This document shows, in pieces, positions 57,628 through 64,000 of a DNA stretch of 64,000 nucleotides. Origin of the DNA: an uncultured virus (IMG/VR IMGVR_UViG_3300035181_000912) (lineage: Duplodnaviria > Heunggongvirae > Uroviricota > Caudoviricetes); IMG/VR virus record IMGVR_UViG_3300035181_000912; one strand, given 5' to 3'. The notes beneath the pieces were generated by a model that saw only the letters and a list, made by a program, of their open reading frames with translations, did not search any database and was not told the origin of the DNA. Position numbers and translations under genes: made by a program. How positions within the stretch are numbered: position 1 is the stretch's first letter; every line of letters starts with the position of its first letter.

Positions 57628-58073
57628 TGTCTGAAACCAGCGCGACACGCACCCTCCGCACCCACCTGCAGGCCGATGGAGCCCACTGTCAGCGGTTCGA
57701 GGACAAGCTGTCCTCCGGCATCCCTGACACCATGGCCTGCATCAACGGCCTGACCATCTTCCTCGAAGGGAAGTTCCTCAAGGACCTGCCAATCAAGGAC
57801 ACGACCTTGATCCGCTTCGGTTCAACCGGTGAGCCTCGACTCGCGCACCAGCGCAACTGGCTGGTCGCGCATCGCAAGGCGGGTGGGTTGGCATTCTGGT
57901 GGGTGCGCGTTCGCGATGCTGGATGGTACCTGTTCGAGGACAAGTTCAACTGGCTCGTTGACGGCGTGCCGAAGAAGATCTTCCTCGAGCAGGAAAACCT
58001 GGGCTCCGCGAAGGCAATGGCGGCACGTTTAAACGCGCTGGTGGACAAGCAGATCAAGGAGGGTTGGCTTTGA
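57627..58073 (+). CDS. PD-(D/E)XK nuclease, Holliday junction resolvase/VRR-NUC-like
   Basis: GIPD...FLEGK...Q..WL......GG pattern. Confidence 0.8.
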   Translation: MSETSATRTLRTHLQADGAHCQRFEDKLSSGIPDTMACINGLTIFLEGKFLKDLPIKDTTLIRFGSTGEPRLAHQRNWLVAHRKAGGLAFWWVRVRDAGWYLFEDKFNWLVDGVPKKIFLEQENLGSAKAMAARLNALVDKQIKEGWL

Positions 58074-58297
58074 ACGTCACACAACTGCACCCGGCGAAAC
58101 CCATCACCCGCGGCCTGATGGTCGTCTACGGGAACACCGCGGTCGTGATCGGTGAACCTGGTCAGCTGCACCGCGACTTCTTCGCCCAGGTCAAGTACTG
58201 GTCTCTGCAGCACGTCCAGTCAGGTTCTCCTCGTTCTGGTGGTATGCGAGGCGAGCAGTATGATCTATAACTGAGTTATTAGCAACGGAGGACCGAC

Positions 58298-58714
58298 ATG
58301 ATCAGAATGAGCAACGCAGACGGGTTCTGGTGGACCCGAGACACGGAAACCTACCACGGTGGGCCTTGCGCGACGCGCGAGGAGGCCATCCGTGACGCCA
58401 TCAACGACGGCGACCTTGACGTTGGCGACGTCGTGACCACCGAGTGGTGCACGATCCGGCACATTGCCCTCTCCCAGTCGTTCGACGCGGACAGCTTCCT
58501 CGAAGGTGCGGAAGATGGCGCTGAGGACTTCTCGAACGAGGACGGCGAGCCGGTCTTTGACGTGTCAGGCGAGCAGAAGGCCGACCTGCAAGTCATGGTT
58601 CGCGCAGCCATCGACGAGTGGCAGAAGAAGCACAACCTGGGCTTCTCGTCCTGGTATTTCCACTCCTGCACTCAGGAGGAGCAGCATACCATCACCGAGG
58701 AGGACTTGAAGTGA
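58298..58714 (+). CDS. acidic hypothetical protein
   Basis: CAACGGAGG leader, with an operator-like site at 58266-58280. Confidence 0.7.
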   Translation: MIRMSNADGFWWTRDTETYHGGPCATREEAIRDAINDGDLDVGDVVTTEWCTIRHIALSQSFDADSFLEGAEDGAEDFSNEDGEPVFDVSGEQKADLQVMVRAAIDEWQKKHNLGFSSWYFHSCTQEEQHTITEEDLK

Positions 58715-59061
58715 AGAAGTGGATCTATATTCCTGGGGCGGGCGAGTTCCTAGGCGAAGGCACCTGGCACGAAGTGCGCGGCGACCTGATGGAACAGGAC
58801 TTCGCCGCGTGCAAAGCGGCGAACTCCCTACCCGCGGTCTGGGAGGTTTCGGAAGCCGAGATTATTGCTGATCCGCGTGGCAAGGAACCGAACTTCATCA
58901 TGCGCGCGGGCATGCTCGTGCACCAGTTCCACCGCGTCGCAATCGCTATCCCGGCCGTCGCTGATCAGCGCGCGATCCAGTTCGCGCGCCTCCAGCTGAA
59001 GGACTTCCTTGAGAAGGTCTTGGCGGTAGATGGCACGGTGAACAAGGAGTGCTCGTCGTGA
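58711..59061 (+). CDS. hypothetical protein
   Basis: GTG start overlaps the previous stop. GAGGAGG RBS. Confidence 0.6.
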   Translation: MKKWIYIPGAGEFLGEGTWHEVRGDLMEQDFAACKAANSLPAVWEVSEAEIIADPRGKEPNFIMRAGMLVHQFHRVAIAIPAVADQRAIQFARLQLKDFLEKVLAVDGTVNKECSS

Positions 59062-59215
59062 AGTTCTGGTACTTCAATGCAGGCATGGTAACCGCCGTCG
59101 TCGTGCTACTGGCTGGCTACGGACTTCACTCGTTGCAGGACGACATTGCCCGCGCGCGGCAAGGGCTCATTGTCACTTCGATCATCCAGGACATCCTCAA
59201 CACTGGTACCAAGAA

Positions 59216-59539
59216 ATGATCATCTTCCGCAACGACGGAGTAGTGCCTATCGCGGCTTTCACCACCTTTGGCATGTCAGCCAAGCCTGGGTCGACCAACC
59301 CCAATGGCTTGTCCGCGACCGAGGAAGTGAAGATCGAGATGGAAGTGCACGCCTGGGCGCGCATCCTGAAACTGCTCGAGGACAACGAGGACGCGGCAGC
59401 CCCCGGTCTCCGTGAGCAGCTCGAGGAGGCGGGCTGGAAGGACGTCGAAAAGCAGTCCGAGGACGTCGAAGACGAGGACGAAGAGCCGCTCGTCGTCGCG
59501 CCCGTCGAGCTGGAGGCTATCGAGGATATGCCGTTCTAA
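59216..59539 (+). CDS. hypothetical protein, possible deletion remnant of a GHKL-type ATPase gene
   Basis: N-terminus IFRNDG...FTTFGMSAK...NP-G, then an abrupt acidic tail ending EDMPF. Confidence 0.5.
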   Translation: MIIFRNDGVVPIAAFTTFGMSAKPGSTNPNGLSATEEVKIEMEVHAWARILKLLEDNEDAAAPGLREQLEEAGWKDVEKQSEDVEDEDEEPLVVAPVELEAIEDMPF

Positions 59540-59630
59540 GATCTGAAACTGACATTGCGTATAACTCGCTTATGCCCGAACGTGATTCCACTAGATCAAC
59601 CGTGCTAAAACCGCATCAACGGAGCCCCCG

Positions 59631-61613
59631 ATGAACGACTTCCAAGCCTTCTCGAAAGCAGTCGAAGCGAAGTTCGCCGCCATGTCACAGGGTGAGCTCT
59701 TCGTCGTCGAGGTCGAAGACATCTTCGACTCCTACCTCGCGGCATTCCCTGCGGGATCGAACCCGATCTACCGCGAACGCACCGAGCACGACTGCTCCTG
59801 CTGCAAGCACTTTGTGCGGCACCTGGGTCACGTCGTCGCGTTCGGCGCGGGTGACCAGCGCACGTCGATCTGGGACATTGACGGCCTACCCGAGCCCTAC
59901 GCGACGGTCGCCGCGCGCATGTCGGCCCTGGTTGATCAAATGCCGATCAAGACGGTCTACCGCACGAAGGAGCACCGGTTCGGCATTGAATCGAACCTGG
60001 GACTGGTCGACGGTGAGACCCGCAAGTTTAACCACTTTGTCGGTCAGATCGCGTCGCGGCACTACGCAGCGGAACCCGACACCGCGCGGTCGAACCTTGA
60101 AGCCGTCGCGCAGGTCCTGCGCCGTGGCCTTGAGGAGCTCAAGATCGAGGCCTTCGATGCGGTACTCGACCTGATCGACTCGAAAGCAATCTACCGCGGT
60201 GCTGAGTTCCGTGAGCAGGTCACCTCGTTTAAACGGCTCGTCCAGGCGTTCGCGGTGAAGTCGCCGTCCGACCGCGAGGCCTTCGTCTGGGATCACCTGG
60301 ACGAACCGGCTGCGCGCTTCCGGAACACTGCAATCGGAACACTGCTCGTGGACCTGTCCGAAGGTGTCGAGATCGAACACGCGGTGAAGTCCTTCGAGGC
60401 GAAGGTGGCGCCGACGAACTACAAGCGCCCGACCGCGCTGATCACGGCGAAGATGGTGGACCTTGCGGTAGCCAAACTGAGCGAGCTCGGATTGACGACT
60501 GCAGTTGAGCGTCGGTTCGCTCGCCTGTCTGACGTGACGGTGAACAACGTGCTCTGGGTGGACAACTCGGTCAAGGGCTCGATGAAGGGTGGAATTTCTG
60601 GTCTCTTGTCCGGCGACGTTAAGGTGCCGTCGGTCGACCTGCGGACGGCTTCGCTGATCATGATGGATGACTTCCTGACCGACGTGATCCCGACGGCGAC
60701 CAGCATCAAGCTGGCCCTCGAGAACAAGCACCTGAGCAACTTCATGTCGCTCACCGCGCCTGTTCACCCGGACGCGGGGAACCTGTTCAAGTGGGATAAC
60801 AACTTCGCTTGGTCTTACGACGGCGAGGTGACCGACTCGATCAAGGAACGCGTCAAGGCCGCGGGCGGTAACGTCACTGGCACGATGCGCGTCTCGCTCG
60901 GGTGGCACAATTTCGACGACCTCGACCTCCATGTGATCGAACCCAACGGGAACCGAATCTCCTTCTACAACAAGTGCAACAAGCTGGACGTGGACATGAA
61001 CGCGGGCGGCCATCATTCGCGTGATCCCGTCGAGAACGTGACGTGGCAAGGCAAGCTGGCCGATGGTGAGTACCAGGTCATCGTCAACCAGTACATGAAG
61101 CGGGAATCCGTTGACGTCGGGTTCACGCTCGAGGTTGAGTATGCCGGATACATCAAGCAGTACTCGATGCCGACGTCCCCGACTGGTGAACTGTACTGCC
61201 TCAAGCTGAAGGTCCAGTCGGGCAAGCTGGCTGAGGTCACCATGCTGAAGAAGATGACCGTCGGGTCGTCGTCGCAAGAGAAGTGGGGCGTATCGTCGCA
61301 GAGGCTCATCCCGGTCGACACGCTGATGCTGTCCCCGAACTTCTGGGATGGGCAGACCATCGGCAACAAGCACTGGTTCTTCATGCTTCACGGCCTGAAG
61401 AACCCCAACGCCACCCGCGGGATCTACAACGAGTTCCTGCGTTCGACCCTCGACCCGCACCGGAAGGTCTTCGAGGTGCTGGGCGCGCGGACCAAGTGCC
61501 TGCCTGCCGATGACCAGCTGTCTGGTGTCGGCTTCTCGTCAACCCGTGGCGACCGGGCTACCGTCGTCGTCAATGAGTCGGGCAAGTCCCACGCATTCAA
61601 CGTCCAATTCTGA
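59631..61613 (+). CDS. large phage protein with CSCC motif and YfaP-like domain
   Basis: HDCSCCKHF, and DLDLHVIEP...LDVDMNAG...PVENV. Operator-like site at 59560-59574. Confidence 0.8.
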   Translation: MNDFQAFSKAVEAKFAAMSQGELFVVEVEDIFDSYLAAFPAGSNPIYRERTEHDCSCCKHFVRHLGHVVAFGAGDQRTSIWDIDGLPEPYATVAARMSALVDQMPIKTVYRTKEHRFGIESNLGLVDGETRKFNHFVGQIASRHYAAEPDTARSNLEAVAQVLRRGLEELKIEAFDAVLDLIDSKAIYRGAEFREQVTSFKRLVQAFAVKSPSDREAFVWDHLDEPAARFRNTAIGTLLVDLSEGVEIEHAVKSFEAKVAPTNYKRPTALITAKMVDLAVAKLSELGLTTAVERRFARLSDVTVNNVLWVDNSVKGSMKGGISGLLSGDVKVPSVDLRTASLIMMDDFLTDVIPTATSIKLALENKHLSNFMSLTAPVHPDAGNLFKWDNNFAWSYDGEVTDSIKERVKAAGGNVTGTMRVSLGWHNFDDLDLHVIEPNGNRISFYNKCNKLDVDMNAGGHHSRDPVENVTWQGKLADGEYQVIVNQYMKRESVDVGFTLEVEYAGYIKQYSMPTSPTGELYCLKLKVQSGKLAEVTMLKKMTVGSSSQEKWGVSSQRLIPVDTLMLSPNFWDGQTIGNKHWFFMLHGLKNPNATRGIYNEFLRSTLDPHRKVFEVLGARTKCLPADDQLSGVGFSSTRGDRATVVVNESGKSHAFNVQF

Positions 61614-61624
61614 GGAGAACAGCC

Positions 61625-62041
61625 ATGGACATCTTCGAAACTGCTTCCCGCAAGAAGCTCCGCTTCGCCTCCGTCAAGGGAGAGCTGACCACCGAGCAGC
61701 TGTGGGATCTGCCGTTGCTCATGGGCGGCGTCACTCGTGATGTCAAGGCCGACCTGGACACCATCGCGCGCGACGTGAACTCGGCGCTGAAGGTGGTCAC
61801 GGAAGAATCCTTCGTCGCCATTCAGGTCAACCCGCGCAAGGCGGAGCTGACGCTCAAACTGGATATCCTGAAGCATATCATCTCGGTGAAGCTCGAGGAG
61901 CAGGAAACCCGCAAGGCCGCGGCGGCGAAAGCCGAGAAGCGCCAGAAGCTGCTCGAGGCGCTGGCCGCAAAGGAGGATGCTGAACTCGGCGCCAAGTCGA
62001 AGGAAGACATCCTGAAGGAGCTGGCCGCGCTCGACGCATAG
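61625..62041 (+). CDS. coiled-coil phage protein, partner of the upstream gene
   Basis: KLRFASVKGELTTEQLWDLPL. GAGGAG RBS. Confidence 0.8.
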   Translation: MDIFETASRKKLRFASVKGELTTEQLWDLPLLMGGVTRDVKADLDTIARDVNSALKVVTEESFVAIQVNPRKAELTLKLDILKHIISVKLEEQETRKAAAAKAEKRQKLLEALAAKEDAELGAKSKEDILKELAALDA

Positions 62042-62203
62042 GCCCGCCCTGAGTGCATAGCACCGAGCAGGTGAAAGGCCTGCATCTTATTCCGTGGTTG
62101 CCTAACGTGCGGTAGCAACCGTATAACTTACTTATCAGCAACAGAGATGAACCATGAAAGCAAGTGAACTCGCTACCATCGAGCATGTGGAGTCGCTAGT
62201 CCA

Positions 62204-62584
62204 ATGAACCGCAGATCACTCCTCGCGCTGATGGGCGGCGCTGTGACAGTTCCATCCATCGGTGTGAAGGCCGCGGCGTCCGCCTTAGGCGTCGAGACGG
62301 CCTTGCTCTCGGGCGCTCTCGACGGTCCTGAGCCAGGAGCTTACGCGACGGGCCTCAACAGCAATGGCTGGTGGGGCTCGCCCCTACAGATGGCCCTCGA
62401 CGCGAGAGAGAGCACGAACCACGACATGGCCAACGGGAACGCTTATCCCCATATGAAGTCCTGGGGCCGCGGCTTCCGCACGTCGGTGGTCGAACTGGAC
62501 AATCTCATCCTGATGATGTATCGCCAGAAGATGCGGGAGGATGCCGACTTCCGAGAGCGCGTCCTCGCTGCCTTTGGAGTGTGA
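62204..62584 (+). CDS. hypothetical protein with twin-arginine-like N-terminus
   Basis: MNRRSLLALMGGA. Confidence 0.6.
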   Translation: MNRRSLLALMGGAVTVPSIGVKAAASALGVETALLSGALDGPEPGAYATGLNSNGWWGSPLQMALDARESTNHDMANGNAYPHMKSWGRGFRTSVVELDNLILMMYRQKMREDADFRERVLAAFGV

Positions 62585-62588
62585 ACCC

Positions 62589-63011
62589 ATGACCCTTTCC
62601 AATCGCGCGCAGAAGCTGCTCGAACGCGTCAAGGTCGGCGAGTGGTACCGCGCCTATGAACCCAACCTGCCAAAGTCCATGCAGGAGCTGGTCGAGGCGG
62701 GCCTCGTCACAATCGGCTGCCGCCATCCTGTCCTCGTTTCGGCCTACATCCCGACCAGCGACTATACGCCGGGGATCGAAGAGAAGTTTGGTACGTCGGC
62801 GGGATCAGTCGACCTGACCTTGCCCGCGGGCTGGTGGTTGTACCGGCTCGATCACGAGCACACCCGAATCATCTACGCGGTCGACATCCACAAACCGATG
62901 GGATGGTACTGCGCGATCCAGCACACCAGCGGCGGTCGCCTGTCTGAAGGTCACGGCGAGACGCCACAGGCTGCTGTCCAAGCAGCCATCAACGGGAGGC
63001 AAGAGCCGTGA
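62589..63011 (+). CDS. hypothetical protein
   Basis: GGAG RBS before ATG 62589. Confidence 0.6.
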   Translation: MTLSNRAQKLLERVKVGEWYRAYEPNLPKSMQELVEAGLVTIGCRHPVLVSAYIPTSDYTPGIEEKFGTSAGSVDLTLPAGWWLYRLDHEHTRIIYAVDIHKPMGWYCAIQHTSGGRLSEGHGETPQAAVQAAINGRQEP

Positions 63012-63105
63012 TCCGAGACGACAAGCGCTTCCGCGTCTGCCAGGTCGTCTACCGACCAATCTAGGGCACCTACTGGCCCTTCATCATACTACAGGAGGAA
63101 ATCCG

Positions 63106-63330
63106 ATGAAGTGCATAGTTCGACACTGGGGTGGGGCTGGCTGGTGCTACCTAACCCCACGTCGCAACACTGGTCGGATGTATGAGGACCGCTCGACCTG
63201 GGCAGACAGCGTCGAGGAGGCGAAGGTCTTCCAATCGAAAGGCGCCGCGTCGAATTCCGCGCGTCAGAACTTGGGGCATGACAACTTCGAGGTCTGCCCT
63301 ATCACCTTTACAGTAGGAGAACCGATATGA
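63106..63330 (+). CDS. hypothetical protein
   Basis: AGGAGG RBS. Confidence 0.65.
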   Translation: MKCIVRHWGGAGWCYLTPRRNTGRMYEDRSTWADSVEEAKVFQSKGAASNSARQNLGHDNFEVCPITFTVGEPI

Positions 63331-63650
63331 TCAAGATCTCTGAGGACCCACTGACTCTTGCCGATACAGAGCTCCTCGTGATGCTCATGGAAGAAGCTGC
63401 CGAGGTGCAGCAGGCCATTGCGAAAGTTCTCCGGCATGGCTTCTACAGCTACCACCCGGACGACCTCGAGCAGAAGACAAACCGAGAGCTCCTTGAAAAA
63501 GAGCTGGCCGATGTCTTCACCGTTCACCGCATGCTGACAGACGCCAACGTGCTCCGTGAGGTCACCGAGAAAGACATCCATGACACTTGCCTCCGCAAGA
63601 TCGTCTGGACACACTACCAAGAACCTGAAGGGGTTGAGGATGACGACTGA
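63327..63650 (+). CDS. MazG-like NTP pyrophosphohydrolase
   Basis: LMEEAAEVQQAIAK...LEKELADV (EExxE...ExxD). Confidence 0.75.
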   Translation: MIKISEDPLTLADTELLVMLMEEAAEVQQAIAKVLRHGFYSYHPDDLEQKTNRELLEKELADVFTVHRMLTDANVLREVTEKDIHDTCLRKIVWTHYQEPEGVEDDD

Positions 63651-63942
63651 GAAACCAGAGCTGACCTACGAGACTCTCGACGTCGACCGCTGGAAGCCGG
63701 ACGACGATCTCCTGGGCATCAAACTGCTGCACCTAGGCAACCGGAAGACCTATATCGTGGTCGGGTTCGCCTGGATGGGTGCGACGGATCACTGGGGCTT
63801 CCTTCACCAGGAGGTGCGGCCTGACGGTCAACGCGGCGTGATGCTGTGCCGACCCATGTCCCACATTGAGGGCGAACGCTCGAACGGCGAAAGGCGCTAC
63901 CATGTCCTCAACCACCGCCGCGGGCAGGAGCAGATCCTGTAA
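63640..63942 (+). CDS. hypothetical protein
   Basis: ATG 63640 overlaps the previous gene. Confidence 0.6.
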   Translation: MTTEKPELTYETLDVDRWKPDDDLLGIKLLHLGNRKTYIVVGFAWMGATDHWGFLHQEVRPDGQRGVMLCRPMSHIEGERSNGERRYHVLNHRRGQEQIL

Positions 63943-63971
63943 TCCCGTCTACTCAACGTCAAGGAGTTGAC

Positions 63972-64000
63972 ATGCTGAAAGATACCAACCCGAAGGACGC
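63972..64000 (+). CDS. start of a gene truncated by the window edge (MLKDTNPKD..., DUF5664-like N-terminus)
   Basis: AAGGAG RBS. Only 9 codons are visible. Confidence 0.4.

Larger units (their letters stand above)
3..60235. repeat. dispersed palindrome (C)GTTTAAAC(G), 14 copies
   Basis: 10-mer starts at 3, 6881, 11038, 17914, 24643, 28935, 30261, 33823, 39418, 42219, 47163, 52182, 58026 and 60226. Confidence 0.9.
714..62136. repeat. dispersed operator-like palindrome HATAA-N5-TTATN, about 12 copies
   Basis: Copies at 714, 8436, 8498, 13142, 28991, 38330, 52218, 54733, 58266, 59560 and 62122, with partial copies at 755 and 8521. Confidence 0.85.

Noticed and set aside
62040..62120. tRNA or hammerhead ribozyme in a hairpin-rich intergenic stretch
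   Set aside because: No cloverleaf or TTC loop and no CTGANGA core. Probably terminator or leader hairpins.
1..64000. CRISPR array, integrase/att site, transposon or retroelement
   Set aside because: No regularly spaced repeat-spacer array, recombinase, transposase or reverse transcriptase motifs were found.

Overview
This window is part of a GC-rich, lytic-looking siphovirus genome. The host is probably an alphaproteobacterium, inferred from the GTA-like tail-tip genes. Terminase and portal are not in the window. From ~0.9 to 28.7 kb lies the morphogenesis and lysis region: MuF-type head protein, GH108 endolysin, scaffold, capsid, neck, tail tube, frameshifted tail chaperones, tape measure, tail tip and spanins. 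It is interrupted by a class II RNR, PhoH, a metallophosphoesterase and small minus-strand genes with their own promoters. An HTH regulator and a repeat-rich intergenic region (possible origin) follow at ~28.7-29.3 kb. The rest is a replication and nucleotide-metabolism arm: ThyX, four helicases, SSB, AEP primase, family A polymerase, clamp-like protein, clamp loader, exonucleases, dCMP deaminase and several dNTP hydrolases. It includes a dispersed 7-deazaguanine DNA-modification pathway (queD, queC, folE, queF, queE, DpdA/TGT-like). The most notable unexplained signals are: (1) 14 copies of the palindrome GTTTAAAC, mostly CGTTTAAACG, every 1.3-6.9 kb and mostly inside genes; (2) a MuF head protein with a GNAT-like C-terminus followed by a small separately promoted ORF, an effector/immunity-like layout; (3) about 12 TATAA-N5-TTATA operator-like palindromes at promoters; (4) two non-SSB proteins ending in SSB-tail-like motifs. 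All functional calls come from motifs recognised by eye, not from database searches.
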